Shown one piece after another: positions 18,518 to 30,700 of a stretch of DNA of 64,000 nt. The notes under the pieces are model-generated. The model did not search any database, had not been told where the DNA came from, and saw nothing but the letters and a program-made list of their open reading frames with translations. The stretch spans positions 1,364,001 to 1,428,000 of the forward strand of contig JAYWIR010000013.1 in the NCBI GenBank assembly GCA_036172245.1. Reading direction: 5' to 3'. The position numbers and the translations under genes are program-made. Positions within the stretch are counted from its first letter, which is position 1, and every line of letters begins with the position of its first letter. Source of the DNA: Raillietiella orientalis (taxonomy: Eukaryota).

Positions 18518-18660
18518 TGATGGACGAATAGTAGTGGGTAAAGGCAAAATATCAGTGACTGATGGACAAATGCTAGTAGTTGATGCGAAAATCTTAATGG
18601 GTAGTGGTAAATGTTAATGAATAATGGAAAACATCATCATTTAACTAGAAAAGAATTGAT
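18518..18660. repeat. Degenerate ~21-bp tandem repeat, about 6-7 units
   Basis: Units tgatggacgaatagtagtggg / taaaggcaaaatatcagtgac / tgatggacaaatgctagtagt / tgatgcgaaaatcttaatggg / tagtggtaaatgttaatgaa / taatggaaaacatcatcatt. Confidence 0.55.
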
Positions 18661-20430
18661 TTTTTCTTGTTGCTTGTTGTTGTGAGAGTTAGTGAACGGC
18701 ACGGAGAGGCAGCAGCAGATAGGGACGCTTGCCTTCCTGTCGCTTCAAGAAGCTGCAGCCGTCCTCTTGCAGTCGAGGGGATCTTTCGAGGAATCGGAGT
18801 GAACCGTCAGCAAGCTGCACGCCCCTCCTTCCTCCGCACAGTTTCCTCGGCGGGGGCGCGGGGACTGCTGCAGAGACCACGCTCGTCGTCAATGGAAGAG
18901 GAAGAATCTCTGCCTACGCGTCTTAGAGCACTCGACTTTCGGAGAGGGAAAGAACTGGGAACAGCCGTCGCCTTGCCAGATCCTGCCTGAGACGGGACAC
19001 AGAAGTCCTACTTTCGGCAGTGTGCTCTGTCCGTCTGCAGTTCTCGGATTACCCCCCTCCTTTTTCCGTCGGCACGAAAGACCGTGGAAGCTCTCTCCCG
19101 CTCGAGGTGTCGCGCAGCTCCGGAAGTCAGCTCGGCGCTGCCGAGCTGACTTCCCGTCAGTCGCTGCACGTCGATGAGGGGCGGAGCCACGCGTGACCCT
19201 CAGCCCCCTGCAGCTCACGCCACGTTCTCTTCCTTGGAGACAGTTGTATCTTCCGTATCTGCCCGTGATCCCAGGTCCCCTCAGGAGCTTAGGAAAAGCT
19301 CAGATGCCCATCAGAGGTGGGGAGAGGAGGAGGGAATGCAGAGCGGTCTCGTTTACGACTCATCAGGGACGCACCCGGAAGAATGGTGTCCTCGAGGGTC
19401 ACTCAGTCCGGAGGGAAGGAGGGAGGTGAGGGCAGAGTAGGAAGTCGCCAAATAAGGTGCTCCCTTTGGCACCTTCTCCCAGCTTTCATGAGCATCCCGG
19501 AACGGTAGTCTTCCAGTTCCGCTTCGATGTGCTTCCTGGTCCTCCCGAGAGTAAAAAAAAAAAAAAGCCTGTCAGAAAAAATGGTCTCTGCCCTCTCTCA
19601 GCAGGCCTTGGAAGCTCAACGTCGCAGGAGCGTCAAATGGACTGACTGCTGCTGGCTGGGTGCGCACTCCTGCAAAAGTCTCTTGGAGACCCTTCGGTGA
19701 CGCGCCAGTACTCCTCTCTGGGGACTGAATGGACCCGCCATTGCGGCGCTATCACTCGCGAGAGTGAGGGGGGAAAGAAGGGGTGCAGTGGAGAGGGGGG
19801 AGAGAAAAAAGGAAAGCCGCCGGCCCTCTGCCGCCTCTGCACGAGGCGGAGACGGAAAGAGGAGCAACAGGGAGCCGAGCCGAGCTGTTTTCCTAGGAGC
19901 GCAATCGTTGCTACACCCCGAGGAAGATGCGTGCAAGCAGCGGCGGGATCCGGAAGCGGCCTGGGTGGCCTCCGAGAGCTGCCCTACGGAGAAATTCGAA
20001 GGTCGTGTGGCTCTCTCTTCACAGTTGGCTCTTTCCCACGTGGTCGCTCCGCATCGGTTTGACCACGTCCACCCCCCAACTCCCATCTCGGAGGGAGGAG
20101 GCACCTGGAGCAGGGGAGAGCTCTCCCGGGCGTTTCAGAAAGGCAACAAGCGAGGCGCCGGAATGGAGGGTAAAGGGGGGAAGTGCTCTCGATGTTTACC
20201 TTCCTTGAGACACAGAGTGGGTTCGCCCGGGGATTGCTGAGTCTCCTGGCCGGTAGCGGGAGGCCCGTAGGGCTAGGAAACCTGGAGAAGGAAGTTGAAG
20301 AATGAAGGAAAAGAGGCCACCTCTGACAGTTGTCCGGTGCCCCCCACCCCCACCCTTTCCGCTTTCTCGTTGCCGTGGATACCGGAATTAGCTCGAGGTG
20401 GAAGGAGGCCCCCTTCCACTGCGTTCGCCA

Positions 20431-21267
20431 ATGGAAGGGCGTGGCCGAACAAGCTGGATGCAGCAGCAGCCGCGGCGAGGGAAAACCCGGAAGACGCGCC
20501 GCGGCCCTTCTCGATCGGGGGCCGGTGGCGGGCCGCAGGAGAATACGGCAGCGAAGGCCGGGTGTCCCCAGCGCCCACGGGAGGCCTACGACGGCGGAGG
20601 CGATGGCAGCGACAGCCACGCGGCCATCACCACCTTCCTGCAGGTGCGCGACGCCGCAGCTGGAGCAGACCTACGCGAGGCGCGTCCCGCCACGGGCGGT
20701 GTGTCCCCTGAAGAGCTGGGCTGGAGCCGGCAGTGGGTGGAGGAGGAGAACAGCGAGCTGCGTCGGAAGCTGCGGTCCCTGGTGCGCCAGGAGCGGCTGG
20801 AAGGCGAGCGACTGCTGAGGGAGGAGAGGCTGCTGCGCCACCGCCTGCGGGCAGCATGCGAGGGTCTGGAACGTCTGCGCGTGGAGCGGCTCGCCGGCGT
20901 CCATTCGCTTCAGGAGGTCTCCCTCAGGGCCGAGGTCTGCCGCGAGCGCGTCCTGCACTCCAGGAGCGAGCGCGACGGCGCCAGGGAGCGCTGCGAGAGC
21001 AGCATGAGGAGGATGCGCTGCCTGAAGACGCGCCTGCGCGATGAGATTCGCTTCCGCGCCGTCGCAGCGGAGGTGGCCGCCGCGCGCGGATGGAGCGACC
21101 ATCCGCCTCCCGAGGGCGCCTTGCGCGCCTCGGGAAAGCCGCTGCTGCTGCTGCTGCTGCCGCCGCTGCTCCTCCTCCTCCTCCTGGTTACCGTCGCGAC
21201 GACGGCGACCGCCCTCTGGAGCCTCGGGCTGATAGCCTCGGAGCAACCGGACGCGTCCGAGCGGTGA
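20431..21267 (+). CDS. Putative orphan coiled-coil protein with C-terminal transmembrane helix (tail-anchored); 5' end uncertain and may be the last exon of a spliced gene
   Basis: ORF 20398-21267, first ATG at 20431. About 115 aa E/R/L-rich heptad-like stretch (EEENSELRRKLRSL...LKTRLRDEI) with strong CTG/GAG/CGC codon usage, then LLLLLLPPLLLLLLLVTVATTATALWSLGLI and a short tail. Acceptor-like ttcctgcag ends at 20643. Confidence 0.6.
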   Translation: MEGRGRTSWMQQQPRRGKTRKTRRGPSRSGAGGGPQENTAAKAGCPQRPREAYDGGGDGSDSHAAITTFLQVRDAAAGADLREARPATGGVSPEELGWSRQWVEEENSELRRKLRSLVRQERLEGERLLREERLLRHRLRAACEGLERLRVERLAGVHSLQEVSLRAEVCRERVLHSRSERDGARERCESSMRRMRCLKTRLRDEIRFRAVAAEVAAARGWSDHPPPEGALRASGKPLLLLLLPPLLLLLLLVTVATTATALWSLGLIASEQPDASER

Positions 21268-23409
21268 AGTTCGAGTCCAGAGGAGTCCCTCGGTCGGAAG
21301 GAGCCGACAGGCAAGAGACGACTACCACCGACCGCCGTTTCCCGGCACTCCGTGCCTCTGGAGCTCCCCCTGCCTGCGGGAAGAGAAGCCGTCGCTCGCG
21401 CCCCACCCGGCACGATGCGGCACGGCGAGGCCCGATGGAGGGAGAGGAGGAGAGGCAGGAAGGAACGGATGCGCGCGCACCACCACCAGCGGAAGGAAGC
21501 ACCGTGGGGGTGCTGAGGACGAACCGGCTGCTCACTATCTCGGCGGCAGAGGAGCTCGAAACCCGGAAGACGGACGGCCCACTGCCCGCCCGCCCGCCGC
21601 GGAGGGAGCGCTGAGAATACAGATGAGCTGCTCCGCTGAAAAGGGGAGAAGTCGAGGCAGATGCATCCCGGGAGCGGGGAAACAGCTCCCGGGATCGTCG
21701 CGCACCTGCGCGAGCAAGCGCCATGGTTACGAGGAAATGGAAGCCGGGGGAGCCGGCGAGGGGCGCACATCGGGCGGATGACGTGCCTGCACATCAACCA
21801 GGAGAGGCTCTGCCGCTCCTTCCCCGCAAGGGCCGCGGGAAGGAAGGAGGGGAGGGGAAGAGGAGGAGGGGGAGGCGCCTCCCGCATTCACCCACTCGAG
21901 CTCTCTTCCTGCTTCTTTCCTTCCGTTCCCTGAGAGGGCTGCCTGCCTGCACCTCCTCACTTCGCAGGAGGGAGCGGCAGCGCTCCCTTCGAGTGTTGCC
22001 AAGCGGAACTTGGCCAAGGTGGCCGAAGCAAAACCACATGCGAAAGCAAAAAAAGGGAAAACAGCCGAGTGGGCCGCTGGCTGCGATGGCTGATCCTCGC
22101 GGGAGCGCGCCAGGGCCGCGAGAGGCACAGGAGAGCAGGAGCGAGCGGCTGCCGCGAAGCGAGAAATTATGGAGGGGGAGGGGCGGAAAGGAAGGCGAGG
22201 GAGCGCGCGTTCCCTCGAGCGGCCAGCCAGTGAAAGTGGAGGGGAGGCGAATCTCCCCCCCTTCCTTGACCGCCAACCCGGAGACGGGCGCGACGAAGTG
22301 TCCGTCGGACGAAGTCAGGGAGAGGCGGAGAGGCCGCTCGGGGACACGACATCCCTTCTCTCCTCCCCCTTCCCTCATCCTCACGAAAGGACCACAGAGG
22401 GCGGGCACTGCGTAAGAGGAGCGGCGGCGGAAACGCCGCCGCAGTTCCTTCATTCAGGCTGCGCCGACGTCATCGTCGCAATCAACTCGGTTGCTGCTGC
22501 TGGGATATTTCAAGGTCGCCGCGGACGTGGTGGCAGTTGGAGAGCGCACGCGCCCTCAAGACGGGAAACGGAAGGCGGTTGCCTGGGAAACGGCTTCCGG
22601 GAAAGGTGTCCACTCAGCTCTTCACCACACCCCCTCCCTTCCTCGGAGAGGAGACGCGGCCTGGAAGTCGAGGGAGAGCGCCAGTGGAACGGGAGGATCG
22701 GAGGCAGACGTCCCAGGCGGCGAACAGGCGCCGTCTCTCCGGTCTCTGGCACCCAGAAAGGACATCGCGGCGGCCGCCGCTTCCCGCAGTGACTCAGGGA
22801 CGACCGGGGGAACAGTTGGGGCGCCCCAATCCCCGGCAGCTCCCTGGAGGAAATGAGGCGGCGAAGGAGAGGCTGCAGCCCGGGTAGCAGAGGAAGAGGA
22901 AGTCGAGCGCCCGAGGCTTGGATCCGCGCTCTTCCCGCTGCTTCACTCTTCACCGTCGGTGCAGCGGTCATTCCGCGCGGGGAAGCGGAAGGGGAAGGGT
23001 GGCGCGCCCCTCATAGGGCGGGGAAAGCGGATTTGCCCACGTATTCCTCCCTCCAGACCCCTCGCGTGGACCTCCCTCAGACGTGCGACGGACTTCCGCG
23101 GAGAGAGCCCACGCCGCAGACCAGTGTGACGAGGTTCCGAGGAGAGCGGCGAGCGAGAAGGGGGGCAGGGAGAGGGGATCCGCTCGAGAGAAGAGCGGGG
23201 AGAGGCTGCTGCTGGGAAGAGAGGAGGAAGGCCCTTCCCCGAGAGCCGCTCCGAGGGGAGCTCTCAGCGAGGACCGCTGCTGCCGGACAAGTCTCGGAGA
23301 CGGCGACTACCTTCGCCCCTCCCCCTTCGAGACCAGGGTCGAGGACGTAGCCTGACCGCCTTTCTCTGGCTCAGAAGGACTGCGCGAAAGCTCACGGAAG
23401 GCGCGAGCT

Positions 23410-23790
23410 CCAATGATGATAACGACACGCCTCCTGCTCTTTGCAGCGTCATGACGACTCTCTCCCCAAGGTGGTGCTCCTTTCCACCCCTCGTCCTGAC
23501 GACGATGACGACACCCGCTCGTTCTTGCGATGATGACTCGCTCCCTGATGAGGAAGACCATATCCTTGATGGTGGAGACGACCCTCATCCTAGTGACCAT
23601 GGCAACGCCTGCCCATCCCCAAAATGATGACTGTCCGTCCGACGATGACGGAGGTTCTCTTCCTGAAGATGATGATCACTCTTGTCTTGGTCGCCGTTAT
23701 TTCTTGGAACTCCCAATTCTCGGTGGCGACGGATTCTCGTTCCTATGAAGGCGGCGCCCCTGCTCTTTTCGGTGGCGACCCTGTCCCTAC
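23410..23790. repeat. Highly degenerate tandem repeat region (cct-gat/gac-gat-gac type units, roughly 20-25 bp)
   Basis: Recurrent cctgacgacgatgacgac, cctgatgaggaagac, ccttgatggtggagacgac, tccgacgatgacgga, cctgaagatgatgatcac and tcggtggcgac (twice). Confidence 0.45.
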
Positions 23791-24196
23791 GCTTAGGATG
23801 CCCATTCCTTCCAGTCCTTTTGCGAGCTGCGGTTCGATAGTTCGAGACCCGTAAGGCCCTTGAAGGAAGAGGCGTTCTCCAGGGAACGCGCGTTTCAGGA
23901 GTCTCGTGTAGGCGGGAGCGGAGTGCAAATGGCTGGCCAGGTAGTGGACGGTCGCCGGATGGGTAGGTTTCGCCTCCAACGGAAATGCGGCGGGGGCGAA
24001 CCGGCGGTGGGCTCGCGCCGTCTAGTGCAACGGAACACCGAGGATCGGCGGCGGCATACTGATATGCGAGGGTCGACGCGAGCGGTTCTCAGGATCCTCG
24101 GGATGCGTGGGAGGCTGTGTCGGAGGGATGGAAGTTGCCAAGGTCACCCCACCTCATCTCTTTCCCCCCCATTCCATTCCTCGCGGAAGTCGAGCC

Positions 24197-24964
24197 ATGG
24201 ATCCCTCCGGAAACGTTCTCCCCGGAGACCCCTGGGAGCGAGCTTTTCGTCTGGCGAGTGGCGCTGAGATCAGCACGCAGGCGAGCCACCCGCGACCTCC
24301 CGACGCCCGCATCCTGAGGACTCCGCCCTCGTGCCCAGGCAATGTGCTCGCACTTTCGTGGTCTCCCCAAAGTCCAACCGCGTTCCCTGAAGAATCCGTC
24401 CGTTTCCGTGGAAACGCCGGAGAGAGAGAGTCTTCAGGTCTCCACCTGGAGACACTCTCTCATGCACACACGAACCTTGTCGCTGCAGAGAAACGTCTGG
24501 AGCTGAAAAGTCTCCTTCCAGATGCACTGCGTTTTTCCACTGGCACGCCTTGGACGAGACCCGGATTCTCCCAGACGGACATGCGGAGGCCTCTCTGCGG
24601 TCCGGTCCGGAGGAAGGGAGTTCAGCGCAGACCCAGGCTTCGGTCGACGCAAGGGTGCCGAGGAGGTAATCGCTCCCGTCCGGAAAGGATCGCCGAAGTC
24701 CGTCCTTCGTTCCGTTCCTCTTTGCGCGTCGCCTACTCGGCGAAGCCTCAGGGGTTCCCTTGGATCCGATCTCCAGTCCCATGGCCACGCTCGAGGCATC
24801 GGTCATGGCAGAGCTCGTTTTCGACGGCTGCGGAGAGGTCCCGCAGGGGGGCGGCAGCAGCAGACGTTCCAGAGAGAAGATGTGATGGCAGAAGGGGAAG
24901 CCTTGACGATGGCGGTGGCAGCGAGAAGCCACGACCACCGCAGAAGAGGAACAAGATTTTTTGA
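24197..24964 (+). CDS. Possible orphan ORF (Arg/Pro/Ser-rich, no recognisable domain)
   Basis: Part of the 285-aa ORF 24107-24964, with an ATG in good context (gccATGg) at about 24197. An equally long antisense ORF overlaps it, so it may be a GC-content artefact. Confidence 0.2.
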   Translation: MDPSGNVLPGDPWERAFRLASGAEISTQASHPRPPDARILRTPPSCPGNVLALSWSPQSPTAFPEESVRFRGNAGERESSGLHLETLSHAHTNLVAAEKRLELKSLLPDALRFSTGTPWTRPGFSQTDMRRPLCGPVRRKGVQRRPRLRSTQGCRGGNRSRPERIAEVRPSFRSSLRVAYSAKPQGFPWIRSPVPWPRSRHRSWQSSFSTAAERSRRGAAAADVPERRCDGRRGSLDDGGGSEKPRPPQKRNKIF

Positions 24965-27542
24965 GGCCGTCCGCCCACGCTCTGAGAAAGGCGAAACTCC
25001 AGCCACTCCAGTCCTCTGCTGCGTCGGCGTCTTCCAGATCCCAGAACTGAGGGCTGCTTCGGAGTGGTGGCGGTGGTGGGAATCTTGAAGGATCTCGGCA
25101 GCGCTTCACATCTCCCGATCCCAGCTCTTGGTCTGGAAGGCCTTTCTCGGTATCACCAGGAACTGACAACCACCTGCTGATGATATGGTCGATTCAAATC
25201 CAAGGGCACTTCGGATAGTGGGAAATCGATTTTTGCGTGGTTCTTTTCCCCGCCTTCCTTCGGATGCTGGGATCCTCTTGACACGAAACGAACGCCGGTC
25301 TCCAGAAGTTCCTGGAGGCGTTCCGATGGACAGGAAGCCTTGGGTCGGGCGAGTCTCTCTGTGACCGCTCCTGGCAAGAGCGGTGTGCCGGCTTCCTCGC
25401 GTGCGTGACGGGCGCTCTCGAGCTATCCGCTCTTCTCGCGTGTGCTCCGGTTGCGTTCCTGCCTTTCGCTCGTTCGGACCTCTGTGTGCTCCTGGCATCT
25501 CCGGGAGACCGCACCGGGACATCGTTCCGCGCAGAGAGGAGCACGTGCCTTCCCTCGACACGTGAGGCGGAAATCTTTCTCGTGTTGTTTTCCTGCACAC
25601 TTCCCAGAGCTCAAGATGTGCACCTTTATAACTTGAACGCGATTCGAGCGACACGGCGAATATTCCCGAGGCGGGATCACGTGACCGGTTGCCATAGTAT
25701 CCTTTCCCGAATGTGTAAACAAGTTCCCATTGTCATTTATTGATGACTTGGGAGTGTTTGTCGCGTCATGTAAATTGGCTTGTAAATCATGCTGGTGCTT
25801 TGTACCATGCACATCCAGAGAGTGTTTTGGATACTTCAGATAATCAAAGGTGTTGGCCACAGCAAAGAAGACGCTGAATAGGAAGCAAGAGTTTTGAATT
25901 GCAGTATGTTTGAGACGCAGTTCAGCAGGAGGAGGAGGAGGAGGAAGAGGAATGTTGAGGCGTTATTTGTGAGTCGCATTGAATTTATTTTACAGAAATG
26001 AAACTTCTCAAACTAGCTGATGGTTTTCGAATCGTTTCATTAGTATGTTGGCGTTGGCGAACCAACTTGCCGTCTGGTACCATCTGGACTGCTCGCAGCT
26101 GTTGGTCTCAGTGCCTTTTACAGGCGTTAAAGGCAGTTTGGAAGGAAGAAGAGTATGCTTATGACCTGTGTTTCTCCTTCTGTCTCTCCGTTTCCTTTTT
26201 ATTTCATTTCAGCTCTGTTACATCCGTACACTTAATCGTTCTCTTAGAGTATGCCCGAATAACAGCGACTCCGCGGATATGTTCCCTGAAGCGTTCCCCC
26301 AATACTGCTGATGTTATTACATTCCACCTTTCTGACAGGCATCTAATTTTCCAAAGTGAACAGCACGCTCTCCCAGGATATTTAGATGTAATGGAGCACA
26401 CATCCGTATCGCAAAAGGTGGAGGATGGTAACCAACAAACTTTCATATAATGTATCACTATTTTATGTAGAGCCATGTTACTGATAGTACTGATGCTGAA
26501 TAGCAATCCACTTGTCATCTGATACGGAAAGTAGAAGCAGTATCAATGGCGGCTGGCATTCGCATGGAGTATGATTTGAAGGGTTCTGCCTTCTCGATTT
26601 TCTTGCGTCACGTGCACTTTCCATCGGTAGCACCGCTCCATTTACGGCTACGCTGCTGCTACCCATTCTCCAAGTGTTAGCTGTTAGTGTTCGAGTTCTC
26701 TCTAATTTCTTTCTGAGCTGGGCTTGGCCTTCGCGCAAAGTGCAGGCGTGTCTTCTATAGAGCCTCGTCGGTCGGCAACTTCAAGACGATCAGGCACGAT
26801 CAGCTTCCAACTTTTTCGATCTGTCCTTGAAAACTTTGCAAAACTTACTCGTCTTGTACGTTCCTTCTTCTTCTTTCTTTCTTTTAAGATACAGAATGTT
26901 CAAGATTTCCTTTGCGAAACACTAGCAACATATCACTCTGGGAATTCCGCGAGGCAAAAACAACCCCCACACTTTAAGCTCTTTCCGATGACTCTCGCTT
27001 AGCTTACACGCAGTTTAGAGATTTCCGAAGGACTTCTTGGGACTCAAAAGTTCTCTCATGCCAAGTGGCCACAAAACATCCTGTATCTCCGAGATAAGAC
27101 ACCATCCAGGCACTTTATCTACCGTACTTTTAAAATGCCCAAATCCACGTGGCCGTGGAAGACCCAAATTGCTTTGCTTTCTCCTCTTTCCTTTCTTTTC
27201 TTCCTTTCTCTTTGGTAATCTTGTTTCAAAGTACTGTACAAGATCCAAAATATCTCGTACAAATGACTTGTCGTTTCGCTCGCCCCTTGGAAGAAAATAA
27301 TCTGCACTTGAAAAAGAAGGAATCACCATGTGTCACATCCAACACTTACAGTAGGGGAAACGTCAACGGAAGCGTACATTTATAGAAGTCTCAGCTCCGT
27401 AGTAGCGCACGCATTTCTCATCCACAGTGTCATTCCGTCTAGGAATCCCTATTGTACAGACTTTTCGTTCTCTTTCTCCTCCTCTTCCATCTGCTAGTTG
27501 CCAAGCGAGTATTCCCCTGAGTAATTGAGTAATACGTCCGTT

Positions 27543-27555
27543 CACACATGTATGC

Positions 27556-27589
<34 letters not shown>

Positions 27590-27595
27590 ACGTAC

Positions 27596-27685
<90 letters not shown>

Positions 27686-27702
27686 GCATATACACACACA
27701 TG
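27543..27702. repeat. Compound microsatellite (TA)n(TG)n-TACGTA-(TA)n-TACGTA-(CA)n(TA)n, quasi-palindromic
   Basis: Read directly: about 160 bp of uninterrupted purine-pyrimidine alternation, with ATGCAT near both ends. Confidence 0.95.
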
Positions 27703-30700
27703 AATGATGGATGGATGAATTGTTTTTTTTGTGGGCCCATAATCACCCAGTGCCTCTCCACCAAACCCAGCTTTGCGGATGTCACTCTGCTGGTGTTTCG
27801 CCAATGCGACAGTATGTGACTTCCGATTTCCACGTCGAAGAGGGGGGTTTGGGAGAACGAATGGCGGCATTGCACGCAACGGAAGTTTCGAGAAGAGCTG
27901 CAATGACTCCTCTGTTCGCATGGGGCTCATACACCCTGGTCTTCCGAGGGCAACACCTGAAAGATCCGATCAGAAGAGGCTCTTCCCATCTTCTTTTGGC
28001 AACGCCCCGGGCACACAAATCATTCTGGGACCAGAAACCGCTCGAACGGGCCAGTCAGCAGCTCCTGAACTCCCGGAAATAGTCGAGGAGGAATGGACGC
28101 TGCTTCGTGAATTGTGGCCGTGCCATTCTTCGAGAATGTCTTCATGAAGCGCGCGCGACGAGTGCTCTCTCTGCTAGAAGACAGCTGGGAAAATGCAAGA
28201 GAGAAAGAGCAAAAAAAGAGAGGGAGGAGGGGAGAGTAGCCTGGACTCTGTGGAACTAATGAGACACCACGCCGCGTGCAGCAGAACATGCGGCTGGAGG
28301 CGCAACTTTGAAGCTTCGATCGATGTGCACATGTCTTAGGCATCCAGCAGCAGATGCGGCAGCAGACTCGTCCCAGCAACAGAAGCTTGAACTCTATACG
28401 AGATTCTGGCTGCATCCGTCCACTTGCAGAACTTCGCTGCATCCAGTGTATTCAGTGACGATTAGTTCTCGTCAGCTGTGCAGATAGCGAGAGCGTCGGA
28501 GCCTTTTCTCTTCCTCTCCCTCTCCTGAGAAAGGACGAAAAAGAGGAAACGGGATTAGGAGGCCGTGCGCGCCCTCGCTCAACTGAGTTCCCTCCCCTCC
28601 TCTCCTCTTCTCTCTCGGGGTGGAAGAGCGTCCTTCCAGAGCAGCCACTCGCGGCTTCCAGACATGCGATCGGCGGAGAGAACTCCCCCCTTTCGTTGCG
28701 TTGCAGCAGCTGGACGGGCACAGTCGGAACCCTCCAGGGCAACCGGGCACGTAGGCAGGAGCGTGTAGACAAAGAAAAGGATACACGGAAGGTGGGTGGA
28801 CGACCGCCATCGTCCTGGGTTCGTTACCGCAAATCGCACAGAAAGGAAAGGCCGCTGTTCCTGCGGCTGTATCCGGCGAATGGTATCCGGTGCTCCCGAG
28901 AGAGCAACCAGGAGATGCGCCATCTCTCCTTCCCCCTCTTGCCTACTGTCCCGCTGAGGATCTCCGGATGTCCACGAAGTGTGTATGGAATCGAACATCC
29001 CCTCGTACGAGTTTCTTAAGAGTCTCGCGCGCGCGCTCTGGGAGTGTAGGAGGTCAAGGCAAGGCGGCGCACAGTCGGTCTCTCGCTTTTCCTCCTCTTC
29101 GCAGCGCTGCCATGAGAAAAATCTCTCCGACCTTCCTGCGGCCATCCGTCTGCTTCTTCCACGCCCTCATGATCCAGCTCACAGGCGGGCGCCCCTTTGC
29201 AGGTCCGTTGTTCTGGGACAGGAGTCCTGGGGCGGAGGGACAGGAAGAACTCCTGGAACGTGTCTAGAGTGAACGACTGGCTCCTCAGGAGACTGGCTCC
29301 TGAACCACCTGGCGCAGCATCAGCAGCACGCGTGCCGCCTGATTACCTGCCTTTCCAGCTCATCGTGCTCGAGAGAGCTACTTTTTCGACTGGGATGCCT
29401 CTTTGGTTGACCGACCGCATTCTAGATGGCGGGGCGATCTCCAGCTGCGTCCATCAGGATAAAGCGACATCCCGGAGCCTCTAGTGAACCCTCCGGAAGC
29501 AGAGGCATTGCCGTGCAGCGGATAATGGACGAGGGCTGTTTGTTCCTCCGTGGACCAGTTTTCTCCATCCCCCCCGGAGAAACACCGGCATTTCCGTTAC
29601 ACCGCTGCTAGTCTCCCAACGGGTTTGATCTCCAGAAGGGGGTAGTCAGGTCTTTGGTCACCTCGACTCTCAATGAGGTCTAGCCGCATGCAGCCACACC
29701 CTTTGCGAATTATCTTTGTCTCTTTTCTAACAAGGACATTCGAGCTTCATGCATCGAGTTGCACGCATGCGCCAGCCATCATCACGTGGCGAGGCGCGCT
29801 GTGCTGCCGCGTTGGTGAGATCTTGTTCCACTTTTCTTTTCGCCTTCCCTATTCCCCTTCATTCGCCCAAAACGGTTCTGTTTCCGTCTTTCCAAAACGT
29901 CCAGAACACTATCTCTGTTCCCGGGAAATGGGTCTCGCGATCTGCAGCCAACGAGTCCTTTTCACTCGCAACCTTTGTCGACCCTCATCCAGCTGTAAAT
30001 TCCTCCATCTTAAACACTTCTTCCTTTTTACTGAAGTCGTTCGTTGAGATTCATTGGTTCATGGTAAGTTAATTCCTGTTGTAGACGGACTCGAAGGAAA
30101 AATTAATGGATTGCAAAAAAAAAAAAAAAAAAAACGCATAAAAGTGAATTCAGTCTCCTTAGCATTGTTTTTATTTGTTTGCTTTTTGACTGCATATCTT
30201 GTCTTCCTTCCTCTATTTCTGATCCCTCTTCTCCCCTCTAATTTTTCACAGCTTCAAAGGAAGTTACATGGCTCACTTGGGCTTTTCCCAACTGTTGTCC
30301 TGGTATCAAACACGCTACAAGGAACCACGGACCGTGCTTCCGATTCAGCACATGCAGTTGAAACATCCGCAGATAAGCTCTCGGTTGCCAACATTTGCCG
30401 AAACTTGAGGGAACACAAGACAGTGTCCCTCTGCCGTCCCCTCCCCTTTTCCTTCCTACCAATTTGCTTCCCGCCAGCAAATTCCCTCTCCTCCCCTGCT
30501 TGGATGCACGTAAGGGCAGCACGAAAACCCACCTGAGAAAAATCCATGAAGCGAGACACTTGAGATCACATCAGTAAGTTTTTCGTCAAGACGAAGCCGG
30601 ACCCGGAAGGGGTAGCCATGGGGGCCTAGCCTGTTATCGTGGGCACCTACCCAGTCCCAGTGGGTTCAACACAGCGTTGTTGCGCACATGCGACTCTTGT

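Noticed and set aside
27363..27930. ORFs with [18 protein letters not shown] runs
   Set aside because: Translations of the dinucleotide microsatellite.
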